Shown: positions 19,157 to 29,679 of the stretch, piece by piece
Layout of the letters: each line of letters opens with the position of its first letter
How positions within the stretch are numbered: the stretch's first letter is position 1
Source: an uncultured Candidatus Rokubacteria bacterium
Lineage (GTDB): Bacteria > Methylomirabilota > Methylomirabilia > Rokubacteriales > CSP1-6
DNA length: 64,000 nucleotides
NCBI GenBank assembly: GCA_963789955.1
Contig: CAWBMV010000012.1
Span: 96,001 to 160,000 of the forward strand
Direction of reading: 5' to 3'
Position numbers and translations under genes: made by a program
Notes under the pieces: model-generated
What the model was told of the DNA's origin: nothing
Seen by the model: the letters and a program-made list of their open reading frames with translations, nothing else
Databases searched by the model: none

Positions 19157-20918
19157 CGGCCTTCGTCCTTGGTCAGCGGCTGGCGAGAGCGGGCGTCGAC
19201 CGGGGCGGCCTCCGGGCGCGCGGCGCGCAGCCGCAACACGCTGAACGCCAGGAGCGGCCGGGCGAAGCCTCGAAGCGCGAGCGTGCCGAGCGCCTCGGCT
19301 TCGACGAGATTCTCGACCTCGGCGTACACGCGCTGCGAGACGAGAATCTGACCGTCGCTCGCCTCCTGGCAGAGCCGGCGCTCAGATTGGTGACGGTGCC
19401 GATCGCCGCGTCAGTCGAATCGGCCTTCGTAGCCGATGCGCCCGACGGTGGCGTAGCCCATGTCGACGCCGGTGCCGAAGCCGAGCGCGAACCCGCGCCG
19501 GCGCCACTCGTCGAGCAGCCCCTGGACGCCGTCGCGCATGGCGACCGCCATCTGCACCGCGCGCGCCGCCGGGTCGGGACAGGGCACCGGATCGTTGAAG
19601 AACACCATGAGCCCGTCGCCGGTGAACCGCTCGAGCGTCCCCTCGTAGCGGGAGATGAGGGCGCCGACCGTCGTGTGATAGTCGCGCAGCAGGCGCATCA
19701 CGTCTTCAGGATCGGCCTTCTCGGCGAAGGCGGTGAAGCCGCGAAGATCGCAGAAGAGCACGGTGATCTCCCGCCGGTGCGAAGCCAGCATCGACTCGTC
19801 GCCGGCCGACAAGAGCTCGACGAGCTGCGGCGAGAAGAATCGTTTCAGGCGCTCGGCGCGTTCCAGCTCGGCGCGCACCCGCTCGCGATCGCGGAGCCCC
19901 GCGAGCATGGCGTCGAACGTCGTGCCCAGCTCGCCGAGCTCGTCACGCCGCCGGACGGATACCGTGGCGTTGAAGTCGCCCGCGGCGACCTGCTGGGCGG
20001 CGCCGACGAGCGCCTGCACCGGACGGCTCGTCCGGCGGGCAGGACGATCGCGCCGAGGAGGGCCAGGATCAATCCCGCGCCCCCCACGGCGAACAGTGTA
20101 CGGAAGAGGCCCTGGTTTGCCGCGAGCGCCTCGGCCAGCGGACGCTGAAGCACGACGGCGACGTCGTCGCTGATGCGCTCGACTCGCACCACGTGCGGCT
20201 GGCCGGCCAGCTGGACCACACCATCCCGGCGGATGCCGGCGAGTCCGCGCTGGAGCTCCTCGCGGTCGGCGCCGTCGAGCGTGGACGCCTGCACGACGAG
20301 GCCGGCCTCCTGACGGCGGAAGAACGACACGTGCAGGTTCGTGACCCTGCGCAGATCGACGGCGGTCGAATCGTCGATGGCGAACCCGGCGCACAGCCAG
20401 GCGATGGGATCGGGCGCCAGCAACGGGACGATCGCCAGCCGATAGAGCCCGCCGTCCATCGCGGCGATCTGGGATGCCTCACCGGTCTGCTCGGCTGTCT
20501 CGAGAAGCCGCGGTAGCGGGAAGGCCGCGCCCTGATGGCCGGGATCGCGAGTGTCGGCGTCGATCGTGCCGTCCACTGCGATGAGTATCAAGACGTCGGC
20601 CGCGATCCGCTGGCGGTGATTGCGCGAGGACGGAGCGTGTCGTGGCCTGATCCGCCGTGGCGGCGGCCGTTTTCAGCGCGAAGTCGCCGACAGCAGGCGA
20701 GTGGCGGTGAGGAGCTGTTGGCTGCGCGCCTCGAGCTGACGCACGAACAGGGTGCCGGCGAGGCGAAGCTCTTCGTTGATCGCGCTCCGCGCGTTCGCGC
20801 GCACGGCGGCCGCGACGACCAGGAAGCACGTCGCCAGGATCACGGCGAACAGCCCGACGAAGACGACGACGAGCTGGCCGCGAAAGCTGCGGAAGCTGCG
20901 CACCTTGGGGAAACGCAC
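19153..20918 (-). CDS. Membrane class III adenylate/guanylate cyclase with sensor and HAMP domains (multiple frameshifts)
   Basis: Pieces across frames: a TM segment after SFRGQL, a Cache-like region, HAMP (RRDELGELG..F..M) and the cyclase motifs FCDLRGFT, FTGDGLM and YAAIGTVTNL.ARLC..A..GQIL. The stop overlaps the start at 19156. Confidence 0.8.
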
Positions 20919-20972
20919 CGCTGCAACGCTACCGCCGCGGCGCCGCGGGATCAAGCTAGGGTACCTTCGGGC

Positions 20973-22049
20973 GTGCGAATCATCGCGCACGTGGACATGG
21001 ACGCCTTCTACGCGTCGGTCGAGGCCCACCACAACCCGGCGCTCCGCGACAAGCCCGTCGTCGTCGGCGCCGACCCCAAGGAAGGCCGCGGGCGCGGCGT
21101 CGTCGAAGCCGCGAGCTATGCCGCCCGACGCTACGGCATCCGCGCGGCCATGCCGATCTCGCGCGCCTGGAAGCTGTCCGAAGCCGCGCGGAGCCGGGGC
21201 GAGGAGCCGGTGGTGTTCGCGCACGGCAACCGCCGCCTCTACGTCGAGATGTCCCAGCGCATCATGGCGATCCTCGCCGGTGCCGGTGATGCCTTCGAGG
21301 AGGCGAGCATCGACGAGGCGTATCTGGACCTCTCCTCGCTCGGGAGCTTCGAGGCGGCGGTGGAGCGCGCGCGAACGGTCAAGCGTGAGATCGCCGACCG
21401 CGAGGGGCTCACGTGCTCGGTAGGGCTCGGCCCCAACAAGCTCGTGGCGAAGATCGCCTCGGACGTGAAGAAACCCGACGGGTTGACGGTCGTGACGGCC
21501 GACGAGGTTCAGGCGTTCCTCGATCCGATGAGCATCCGCGTCATCCCCGGCATCGGCCCCAAGACCGAGGCGGAGCTCAACGAACGAGGGATCCGGACGG
21601 TTCGCGACCTACGCGAGCTCGAGCTCACACGCCTGTCCGAGTTGTTCGGGCGCTGGGGCGAGGATCTCTACGCCAAGGCGCGCGGCCTGTCCGACAGCGT
21701 CGTCTCGAACGAATGGGAGCCGAAGTCGGTCGGCGAGCAGGAGACCTTCGAGGTGAACACGCTCGATCCCGACTTTATCCTGCAGCGCGTTCGCGCGCTG
21801 GCGGCCGAGGTCTTCACGCGGCTCCAGCGCCAGGGCTTTCGCGCCTGCCGCACGGCGACGATCACCGTGCGGTTTGCGCACTTTCGCACGGTGACCCGGT
21901 CACAGACGTCGCGGGACCAGATCGCGAGCGAGGAATCGCTCTATACTGCGGTGGCCGGACTCTTCGCGCCGTTTTTTGATGCCAGAGAAAACCCGCGCGC
22001 GACGAAAATCCGTCTCATCGGTGTCCGGGCCGAAAAGCTCGTGAGGTAG
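20973..22049 (+). CDS. dinB: DNA polymerase IV (Y family)
   Basis: IIAHVDMDAFYASVE, ASYAARRYGI, SIDEAYLD, NKLVAKIASD..KPDG, IPGIGPKT and IRLIGV; GTG start at 20973. Confidence 0.95.
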   Translation: MRIIAHVDMDAFYASVEAHHNPALRDKPVVVGADPKEGRGRGVVEAASYAARRYGIRAAMPISRAWKLSEAARSRGEEPVVFAHGNRRLYVEMSQRIMAILAGAGDAFEEASIDEAYLDLSSLGSFEAAVERARTVKREIADREGLTCSVGLGPNKLVAKIASDVKKPDGLTVVTADEVQAFLDPMSIRVIPGIGPKTEAELNERGIRTVRDLRELELTRLSELFGRWGEDLYAKARGLSDSVVSNEWEPKSVGEQETFEVNTLDPDFILQRVRALAAEVFTRLQRQGFRACRTATITVRFAHFRTVTRSQTSRDQIASEESLYTAVAGLFAPFFDARENPRATKIRLIGVRAEKLVR

Positions 22050-22180
22050 GACGCGAAAGGGAAAGCGGCCAGCGTCGTACGGAGACTGAGACTTTCGTCC
22101 CAAGTTTCCTGGCAACCGGTTACCCTTAGACTGCTCGCTGTGGTGACCGCCATGAATTCGGGCTTGCTCGAGGAGGACCC

Positions 22181-23587
22181 ATGATCGTCACGCGCGTTGT
22201 GCTCGCCCTGATCGGCGCGGTCTTCCTGACCGGCTGCGCCAGCTCCAGCTACTACACCGTGAAGCGGGTGGACGCGCCGGGAACGTGCATGACGACCATG
22301 CCCGAGCGCGATCTACTCGTGGGCGTCGCGCTCTCGGGCGGCGGAAGTCGCGCGGCGCTCTTCGCCGAGGCTGGGCTCGAGGCGCTGGCCGGGCTGCGCA
22401 CCGCCGACGGCGTCTCGGTGATCAACAAGATCAACCACCTGTCGAGCGTCTCCGGAGGCAGCCTCTCCGCGACCTATTACGTCCTCAAGAAGCCGGGTCG
22501 CGACGTGCCCGTTCTGAATCCCGATGGGAGCCTCTCGGAAGCCTACCGGGCGTTCTTCGATCAATATCGCACCGAGCTCAGCCAGGACTTCGAAACGTCG
22601 TTGATCTGGCGTCAGCTGCTGTCGTTTCGGTGGCTCAACTCTGCGCTCGCCGCGCGCACGCTCGCCGAGATCCTCGAGTCGAAGCTCTATGGCCGGGCGC
22701 GCATGGGAGATCTCGCCGAGCGAGAAAAGGCCGGCGATACGCCCGGTCTGATCGTCAACACCACGCTCTACAACAACGGCCGGCGGCTCGCGCTGACGGC
22801 ATTGCCGTCGGAGGAATTTCGGTACGATTTCTTCAGCGATCTGGAGCGGGATCTCAAGCGGGATGGGCGGCCGATGGATCTGAGCCCCTACATCCGCGAG
22901 CGCTGGAAGCTGCTGTGGCCGATGACGCCCATCGACCTCCATGCTGATCCCTGCATGTCGCTGGTGGCGACGGCCGCCACGATGTCGGCTTCGTTCGCGC
23001 CGCTGATCGGACCCACGACATTGAGAATCGGAGACGAGGAAGCCTACTGGCACGTTGGAGACGGCGGCCTCTACGAGAACTCGGGGATCGAGTCGCTCCT
23101 GCTCCTATACCTCAGGCAGGTCCAGATGAAGCGGGCCAAACGGGTCCTCGTCATCGCGCTCGACAGCTCGTTCCCCTTCTCGGTCGGCGAGAAGCAGCTT
23201 CGGCGGCGCTCGCTGCCCTTCAGTCTGCTCAATTTCGATTTCAGCCGCATTCCCAGCATCATGGAGGAGCGAGCCATCACGTACCAGGCGCTCTTCTTCC
23301 GCACGCTCCAGCTCGAGGGTGTCTTCCCGGATCGGCAGACCTTCACGGTGATCGGGCTCCGCCACACCGACGCCAAGTTCGCGGCGGACTTGAGCGACCT
23401 GCCCGCCGCATGCAAGGCCGAAGTTCAGCCTATGAAGACGCTCGATGAAGTCGAGGATCGCATTGCGGCGATTCCGACGCGACTCGGCCTGAACTCGGAA
23501 TGCGACCGCCAGCTCATCTACGCGGCGGCGGCCAAGCTCGTCTCAGAGCACCGTGACGAGATCCTGGAGTTCTTGAATCGTCCCTAG
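22181..23587 (+). CDS. Patatin-like phospholipase, predicted lipoprotein
   Basis: Lipobox LTGC; LSGGGSRA, SSVSGGS nucleophile and DGGLYEN motifs. Confidence 0.88.
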   Translation: MIVTRVVLALIGAVFLTGCASSSYYTVKRVDAPGTCMTTMPERDLLVGVALSGGGSRAALFAEAGLEALAGLRTADGVSVINKINHLSSVSGGSLSATYYVLKKPGRDVPVLNPDGSLSEAYRAFFDQYRTELSQDFETSLIWRQLLSFRWLNSALAARTLAEILESKLYGRARMGDLAEREKAGDTPGLIVNTTLYNNGRRLALTALPSEEFRYDFFSDLERDLKRDGRPMDLSPYIRERWKLLWPMTPIDLHADPCMSLVATAATMSASFAPLIGPTTLRIGDEEAYWHVGDGGLYENSGIESLLLLYLRQVQMKRAKRVLVIALDSSFPFSVGEKQLRRRSLPFSLLNFDFSRIPSIMEERAITYQALFFRTLQLEGVFPDRQTFTVIGLRHTDAKFAADLSDLPAACKAEVQPMKTLDEVEDRIAAIPTRLGLNSECDRQLIYAAAAKLVSEHRDEILEFLNRP

Positions 23588-23590
23588 CGA

Positions 23591-24331
23591 GTGGTTCTGA
23601 ACGTCCGAGCTCCGCGACTTCGCAGCGTCAAGTTGCTGGCGGCGATCGTCATCGTCGCCGCGCTGACGCCGGGCTGCGGCTCCGGACAAGCTCCTCCCGT
23701 CGAGTCGCTGGGCGGCCCGTCGTCTGTCGGCGATGGGATTGACGCGTCTGCCGCGACGTCACCGCCGCTTGCCGCTTACGCGTTCGAGTGCGACGACGAG
23801 CAAAAGTTCGTGCTGTCCAGGGTCCCTGGGCAACCGAACGCAATGGATCTGGTACTCGGCGATCGTCGCCAGCGCCTCGCGTACGTGCGCACCGGGTCTG
23901 GCGCGCAGTACGCGGCCGACGGGACTTCGGTGTGGACCAAGGGCGGCGAGGCCATGCTCGAGGTGCAGGGACGTGTTACCACATGCCGGGAGAACCGGCG
24001 GCGCTCGATTCTCGAGGACGCGCGGGCCCGCGGCGTGGAGTTCCGCGCATCCGGCAACGAACCCGGCTGGGTGTGGGAGCTTCTGGCCGATCGCATGATT
24101 TTTATCGGGGCCTATGGCGCGGAGCGTGTGACGACTCGGCGATCTGCCGCTTCGAGCAGCACGACACCCGACGGAACGGTCTACGTCGGCGTCGCCGAGG
24201 CCCACCGGTTGACTGCGCGCGTGCTGCCAAGGCCGTGCGTCGACACGATGAGCGGTGATCTGTCGATGTCGACCGTCGAGGTCGAGCTCGACGGCAGGAG
24301 ATATCGCGGCTGCGGCGAAGCATTGCGGTAG
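23591..24331 (+). CDS. Lipoprotein with MliC domain and C-terminal COG3650-like domain
   Basis: Signal ending TPGC; TGSGAQY.....WTKG.EA (MliC); FRASGNEPGW...C.DTMSG...YRGCG. Confidence 0.8.
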   Translation: MVLNVRAPRLRSVKLLAAIVIVAALTPGCGSGQAPPVESLGGPSSVGDGIDASAATSPPLAAYAFECDDEQKFVLSRVPGQPNAMDLVLGDRRQRLAYVRTGSGAQYAADGTSVWTKGGEAMLEVQGRVTTCRENRRRSILEDARARGVEFRASGNEPGWVWELLADRMIFIGAYGAERVTTRRSAASSSTTPDGTVYVGVAEAHRLTARVLPRPCVDTMSGDLSMSTVEVELDGRRYRGCGEALR

Positions 24332-24342
24332 ACTCTAGTCCG

Positions 24343-24654
24343 ATGCCGTCCGAGGGACCCAAGAGCGCGTACGAGCTGGCGATGGAGCGTCTGCGCCAGA
24401 AGGATCGTGAAGCCGGAGTCGAGGAGCGTCCGCTAACCGATCAGCAGAAAACCGCGATCGCCGAGGCGCGCCAGGTCTACCAGGCGCGGATGGCCGAGCG
24501 CGAGATCCTCCATCGGGATTCACTCCACAAGGCACAGAGCCGGGACGAGGTCGAGAAGCTCGAAGGGGAGCTGGCGCGCGACCGCGATCGCCTCGCCAGC
24601 GACCGCGATCGCAAGATCGCCGAGATCAAGCAGCAGCAGCCGAAGTCGAAGTAG
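24343..24654 (+). CDS. Small coiled-coil hypothetical protein
   Basis: 103 aa, highly charged and helical (KSAYELAMERL...LT..QK..IAE.R), with typical codon usage. Confidence 0.75.
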   Translation: MPSEGPKSAYELAMERLRQKDREAGVEERPLTDQQKTAIAEARQVYQARMAEREILHRDSLHKAQSRDEVEKLEGELARDRDRLASDRDRKIAEIKQQQPKSK

Positions 24655-24661
24655 CCTCGCG

Positions 24662-26224
24662 CTAGCGCGCGTCCACACCCATCGCGTCGGCGAAGCGCTG
24701 ATACGCCTCCAGCGGATCGCCGTACTTCCGGTGCCCGGCCGTGTGCTGAGCGCTCGCCAGCAGGAGCCGGTCGCGGTCGTGGGCCTGCGTCTTCAGATAG
24801 TCCTCGAGGGTGCACAGCCCGAGCTCTTGATTGTGCGGGTCGTTGCCCATGATGGCCGCCCCGGTGGCCAGGGTCTGAACGAGCGGAGCGCGGTCATAGC
24901 CGCCCTTCAAGTACGCGGCGGTCAGATCCACCGACTCCTCGGTCCGATTGGCGAGGAGCGCGCACTCCAGCTTTTCGAGGATCTGGTGCGCCGGCCACGC
25001 GTCCGAGCCCAGCGGCGGCGCGATCGTGCGCCGTCCGTTGCCCGGAGTATTGGCCTGATGCTCGGAGCCTCGATTGATGAACAGCGCGGCCAGGAAGAGC
25101 AGCTTCAGCCGGTGCGGGTGCTCGAAGGTGTCGTAGAACCAGCCGACCGTGTTGCAGTACTCGTAGCCGTGCTGCGCCATCGAGTAGTTGTTCGGCTCGC
25201 CCGTCTCGAGGATGACCTGCGCCGCGGCCACCTGGATGGCGTCGAGGATACGCCGCGGGTTTCGGCCGGCGCGCAGCAGCGCCACCAGGGCGTCGACCAC
25301 CGAGAATTCCCGCTGGCGCGTGATCACGTCGATCAGCATCGCCTCTTCGGCGGCCGTCAGGGGCGTGGTCTGGGCGAGCAGCTCCTGGTCGCGGCCGTCG
25401 AGCTGGTTCTGGATGACGTTGCAGCCGAGCTCGTAGCCCGAATACCAGCGCGGGCCGACCGCCATGTCGGGCACGCCGGCGTAGAGCACGTGGTGCGCCA
25501 GGTCCCAGCCGATGGCCTCGCCGAGCTCGATGGTGGCGCGAGCGCGGTAGCCCTTGTGGCCGGTGGTGTAGGAGCGGTTGTGCCACATGCGGTCTTGCAC
25601 GTCGATGAGGCCAGCGAATGCGAGATGCGCGAGGACGTGCCGCCGGTTCGGCACGTCCTGCATCAGTCCGAGGAAGACGCGGTACGACGGCAGCACGTCG
25701 CCGCGCTGCACGAGCGTCAGCCAGTGATTCAGGCGCTCGCGCAGGGTGCCTTCGACCTGCAACGGCTCCTGGTCCGGCCAGTGGCGCTCGGGCATGGGCG
25801 GCGTCGTGTTCACCTTGATGTCGTAGAGGCGGGTGTAGTGGCCCGGAGCCTTGCCGAGCAGCTGATTCCACGGATCGAGCCCCGTCGGCATGTACCAGAC
25901 GGTCTGGGCCATCGGCAGCCAGCGAAGCTCCGGGCGGATCATCGACGCGAGCGGCAAGCCGACCCGCTCGCTCAAGAGGCAATGGTCGTTGTTGACGAAC
26001 TTCACGATGCCGTCGTCGAGACGCTGGTGATACGGCACGTGCGTGTACGGCGCGTGGATCCGCACCGTCTCGCGCGTGATCTCGGTGAGGGGACGGCCTT
26101 GCTTCATGAGCCGGTAGAGCACGTCGCTGGCGCCCTTCTGGTCGCGCGCGAGGATGCGCTCCTCGAGACGCGCGTAGTCGGACGCCGGTGCCGATTCGTT
26201 CAGGACCGCTGCTGTCGTCGCCAT
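24662..26224 (-). CDS. Hypothetical protein (all-helical, spaced His motifs)
   Basis: 520-aa ORF with typical codon usage and a GAGG RBS, directly downstream of the MBL gene. Confidence 0.85.
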   Translation of the reverse strand: MATTAAVLNESAPASDYARLEERILARDQKGASDVLYRLMKQGRPLTEITRETVRIHAPYTHVPYHQRLDDGIVKFVNNDHCLLSERVGLPLASMIRPELRWLPMAQTVWYMPTGLDPWNQLLGKAPGHYTRLYDIKVNTTPPMPERHWPDQEPLQVEGTLRERLNHWLTLVQRGDVLPSYRVFLGLMQDVPNRRHVLAHLAFAGLIDVQDRMWHNRSYTTGHKGYRARATIELGEAIGWDLAHHVLYAGVPDMAVGPRWYSGYELGCNVIQNQLDGRDQELLAQTTPLTAAEEAMLIDVITRQREFSVVDALVALLRAGRNPRRILDAIQVAAAQVILETGEPNNYSMAQHGYEYCNTVGWFYDTFEHPHRLKLLFLAALFINRGSEHQANTPGNGRRTIAPPLGSDAWPAHQILEKLECALLANRTEESVDLTAAYLKGGYDRAPLVQTLATGAAIMGNDPHNQELGLCTLEDYLKTQAHDRDRLLLASAQHTAGHRKYGDPLEAYQRFADAMGVDAR

Positions 26225-26231
26225 GGAATCC

Positions 26232-27335
26232 TCAGGCCTTCTGGACCACCTTCTTGTAGATCATCTCGACATTCTGCCCGACGCGGTCACGATAGCGTCC
26301 GACCGCGTACTTGGACATCGCGGCCTCGTACTTCGAGGCCAGTTGATCACCGATCTTCGTCTGCATCTCGGCCAGGGTTGCCTTGTCGGCAGAGGCCTTC
26401 TTGACCGCCGCGATGAGATCGACGAAGTATCCTCGGAAGAACGCGACATGGTTCTTGGGCAGGACCTCGCCGTGGCCGGGGACGACCGATGTGAACTCGA
26501 GCTTCTCGAGCGCCGCCAACGTATTGATCCAGTCTTCCGGATAGCCGTCGTTCATGAAGGGCATCCAGTCGATCAGCGCGTCGCCGGTGGCGACGAGTTT
26601 CTCCTTCGGCAAATAGATGAACAGGTCGCCATTGGTGTGGGCGCGACCCAGCACGTGCAGCTGGATCTCACGGCCGTTCTCCTTCAGGGTCGTGGTGGTC
26701 GTCACCGTCCTCGTCGGCAGCGGCAGTTTCATCGACTTGAGCTCTTGCAGATAAGACTCTGCCTGCTGCAGGCTGGACTCGAAGTTCTTCTTCTTCGCCG
26801 GATCCGACTCTTTCTGAATGTCGGCTTTCAGTTTGTCGATCTCGGCCGGCATCGCCTTGATCTGCGTCTCGACGAAGGACACGCCACCCACGCCCGAGCC
26901 TGGTGTCGTCATGTTCACTTTCGTCTGCTCGGTCGCGATGATCTCGACTTTCGGATTCGTCGTCGCGTACGACTCGTTGCCCTGCGTGTGATCAAAGTGG
27001 AAGTGCGTGTTGATGACCTTGATCACGGGCTTCTTGGTGAGCTCCTGCATCTGCGTATAGAGGCCTCGCGAAGCCGACGGCTTCGAGTGCGTGTCGACGA
27101 CGATGACGCCGTCGTCGGTCATGATTAGGGCGGCGTTGCAGTTTGTCTTGTATCGGGGCGCCGCGATGGCGGCATAGACGCCGTCGCCGATCTTCTTCAG
27201 CTCGAAGAGATCCTTGTCGGCCGTCTGGGCGTGGGCGGCCATGGTGCAGCAGAGCTCGTGGGGATCGAGGGTGTGCACCGCCGCGGCTGCGAGACCCATC
27301 TGCGTGAGAACCTGCCGACGCGTCCATTGCGCCAT
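26232..27335 (-). CDS. MBL-fold metallo-hydrolase with Tat signal
   Basis: Start MAQWTRRQVL with AAGGAGG RBS; NTHFHFDH, GRAHTNGD, TGD and PGHG motifs. Confidence 0.9.
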   Translation of the reverse strand: MAQWTRRQVLTQMGLAAAAVHTLDPHELCCTMAAHAQTADKDLFELKKIGDGVYAAIAAPRYKTNCNAALIMTDDGVIVVDTHSKPSASRGLYTQMQELTKKPVIKVINTHFHFDHTQGNESYATTNPKVEIIATEQTKVNMTTPGSGVGGVSFVETQIKAMPAEIDKLKADIQKESDPAKKKNFESSLQQAESYLQELKSMKLPLPTRTVTTTTTLKENGREIQLHVLGRAHTNGDLFIYLPKEKLVATGDALIDWMPFMNDGYPEDWINTLAALEKLEFTSVVPGHGEVLPKNHVAFFRGYFVDLIAAVKKASADKATLAEMQTKIGDQLASKYEAAMSKYAVGRYRDRVGQNVEMIYKKVVQKA

Positions 27336-27350
27336 CACCGCCTCCTTGTA

Positions 27351-27422
27351 ATGGGGGGCCTCGAGGGCCCCCAAGCCCCCTGCGCTCGCAAGCGCCCCGG
27401 CAAAGCCGTGGCGCTGCTCGAT
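27351..27422. repeat. REP-like intergenic palindromic element
   Basis: Two stem-loops in a short intergenic gap: GGGGCC-TCGAG-GGCCCC and AGCGCC-C-CGGC-AAA-GCCG-T-GGCGCT. Only one copy is in this window. Confidence 0.5.
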
Positions 27423-27426
27423 AGCC

Positions 27427-28479
27427 TTAATCCGCCCTGAAGATCAGGTCGGGCTTGAGGTCGGAGATCTTGGTGCGACCGCAGAGACCCATCGCGACGT
27501 GCAGCTGATCACGCAGGATCTCGAAGACGCGCGCGACACCCTCCGCGCCGTCGGCGCCGAGACCCCAGAGCGCCGTCCGCCCGAGCATGACCACCTTGGC
27601 GCCCCGCGCCAGCCCCTTGATCACGTCGGTGCCCTTCGAGAATCCGCCGTCGATCACGATCTCGGCACGGCCGGCGACCGCGTCGACGATGGGCGGCAGC
27701 GCGTCGATCGACGACTGAGTGTGATCGAGCTGGCGTCCGCCGTGGTTCGAGACCCAGATGAGCTTGACGCCCATCTCGGCCGCGCGCTTGGCGTCGGCCA
27801 CGGTCAGAATGCCTTTGAGCCCGACCGGCAGCTTCGTCGTCTTCATGAGCCATTCGACGTCAACCCACGTCAGACGCATCTGGTAGTCCGGGATGGGCCC
27901 GCGCGGATTCGGTGCGATTTCCATGGCCTTGCGCGGGCTCCAGCGCGCGAGGGTGTCGCGCTCGCGACGGCTGTAGTGCTGGGTGTCGACCGTGAGCGCG
28001 ACGGCCTTGAAGCCGGACATCTCGACGCGCTTGAGGAGCTCGGCCGCCCAGCCGCGGTCGCCGTGCATGTAGAGCTGGAACATCTGCGGTGCTCCGCCGG
28101 CCCGCGCGACGTCCTCGACCGGCCAGCCGGTCGCGCCGGAGAGCCACTGGAGGATATCGGCCTTGCCGGCGCCGCGCGCCATCTCGACGTCGCCTTCCGG
28201 ATGGAAGAGCACCAGACCGCCCATCGGCGCGATCCCCACCGGAGCCGACAGCGGCACGCCCAAGAGGCTCGTGCTCAGATCGATGTCGCGCACGTCGACG
28301 AGCACGTTCTGCGCGATCGCGAGACGGTCCAGGTGGCGCTTGTTGCGACGCAGGGTCGCTTCCGACTCGCTGCCGCCGTCGCCGAAGTTCCACGCTTCGC
28401 GGGCGAGGCGCGCGCGGGCGGCTCGGCGAATCTCGGGCAGGGTTGCGAACGGGCGTGGGAATTCCTTGGCCTGGCTCAT
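27427..28479 (-). CDS. FMN-dependent alpha-hydroxy-acid oxidase/dehydrogenase
   Basis: IAPMG, FQLY, LTVD, GLKGI, SNHGGRQLD and DGG...G.DV.K.LA.GA motifs. Confidence 0.93.
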   Translation of the reverse strand: MSQAKEFPRPFATLPEIRRAARARLAREAWNFGDGGSESEATLRRNKRHLDRLAIAQNVLVDVRDIDLSTSLLGVPLSAPVGIAPMGGLVLFHPEGDVEMARGAGKADILQWLSGATGWPVEDVARAGGAPQMFQLYMHGDRGWAAELLKRVEMSGFKAVALTVDTQHYSRRERDTLARWSPRKAMEIAPNPRGPIPDYQMRLTWVDVEWLMKTTKLPVGLKGILTVADAKRAAEMGVKLIWVSNHGGRQLDHTQSSIDALPPIVDAVAGRAEIVIDGGFSKGTDVIKGLARGAKVVMLGRTALWGLGADGAEGVARVFEILRDQLHVAMGLCGRTKISDLKPDLIFRAD

Positions 28480-28554
28480 GGCGCAGTACTATACGCCAGT
28501 CGTCGTTCGGAGTCTTGGTACACTGCAGCGATTCCGAGGGGAAGGGGACACGAC

Positions 28555-29679
28555 ATGAGCGGTAACGGCACCAGCGCCAGAGGCGTGCGGCAGGTGGGCT
28601 ACTTCGACTGCGCCGGCGGCGGGCAAGTGGTGGTCGACGGACGCGTCGCGTTCGTCGCGCACATGAAGGCGCCGCACGGCACCACCATCGTCGACGTCAG
28701 CGACCCGTCCCGTCCGCGCCAGCTCGCGTCGATCGAGGTGCCGCCGGGCACGCACTCGCACAAGGTGCGCGCGGGCAACGGCCTCATGCTCGTGAACCGG
28801 GAGGCGCACGGCGGTCAGGGATCGTCGCCGAACGCGCCGCGTGGCCTCGGCATCTACGACGTGTCGAACCCGAGCCGACCGCGCGAGATCACGCTCTGGC
28901 GGAGCGGCGGGACGGGCGTGCACCGCTTCACCTTCGACGGCCGCTATGCGTACATCTCGCCCGAGATGGACGGTTACGTCGGCAACATCGTGATGATCCT
29001 CGACCTGGCCGACCCGAGCCGGCCGCAAGAGGTCGGTCGCTGGTGGATGCCCGGGCAGTGGACCGCCGGCGGCGAGACGCCGACCTGGTCGGGCCGTCAG
29101 CACCGCTGCCATCACCCGATCCGCGAGGGCAACCGGCTCTACGTCAGCTACTGGCACGGCGGGTTCGTCATCCTCGACATCGAGGACATGGCGAAGCCGC
29201 GCTTCGTCTCAGGGCTCGACTGGAGCCCGCCGTTCCTGACGCCGACGCACACGGCGCTGCCGGTGCCGTTTCCGCTCCACGGCCGCAAGGTCATGCTGGT
29301 CGCTGACGAAGACGTCGCCAAGCTCGCGCAGGGGCCGCCCTCGTTCCTGTGGCTCGTCGATATCTCCGACGAGAAAAAGCCGGTACCGTTCGCGAGCTTC
29401 CAGGTGGACACGGACGGGGAACCCCAGCCGGAGTTCACAGGCTGCCATCAGCCGTGCGAGAAGATCACGAGCACCGAGATCCCCGTGGCGTGGTTCGCGC
29501 ACGGTCTGCGCATCGTCGACATCGCGAATCCGCACGCGCCGCGCGAGGTGGGGCACTTCCTGCCGCCGGTACCGGAGGGCTCGTCGCGCGTCTGCAGTAA
29601 CGACGTGTGCGTCGACGACCGCGGTCTGATGTACCTCGTCGACCGCGGGCGTGGCGTGCACATTCTCGAGCGCGCCTGA
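28555..29679 (+). CDS. LVIVD-repeat beta-propeller protein
   Basis: Repeated IVDVSDP/IYDVSNP/ILDLADP/ILDIED/IVDIANP units; HSHKV, GVHRF and WWMPGQ motifs. Confidence 0.88.
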   Translation: MSGNGTSARGVRQVGYFDCAGGGQVVVDGRVAFVAHMKAPHGTTIVDVSDPSRPRQLASIEVPPGTHSHKVRAGNGLMLVNREAHGGQGSSPNAPRGLGIYDVSNPSRPREITLWRSGGTGVHRFTFDGRYAYISPEMDGYVGNIVMILDLADPSRPQEVGRWWMPGQWTAGGETPTWSGRQHRCHHPIREGNRLYVSYWHGGFVILDIEDMAKPRFVSGLDWSPPFLTPTHTALPVPFPLHGRKVMLVADEDVAKLAQGPPSFLWLVDISDEKKPVPFASFQVDTDGEPQPEFTGCHQPCEKITSTEIPVAWFAHGLRIVDIANPHAPREVGHFLPPVPEGSSRVCSNDVCVDDRGLMYLVDRGRGVHILERA

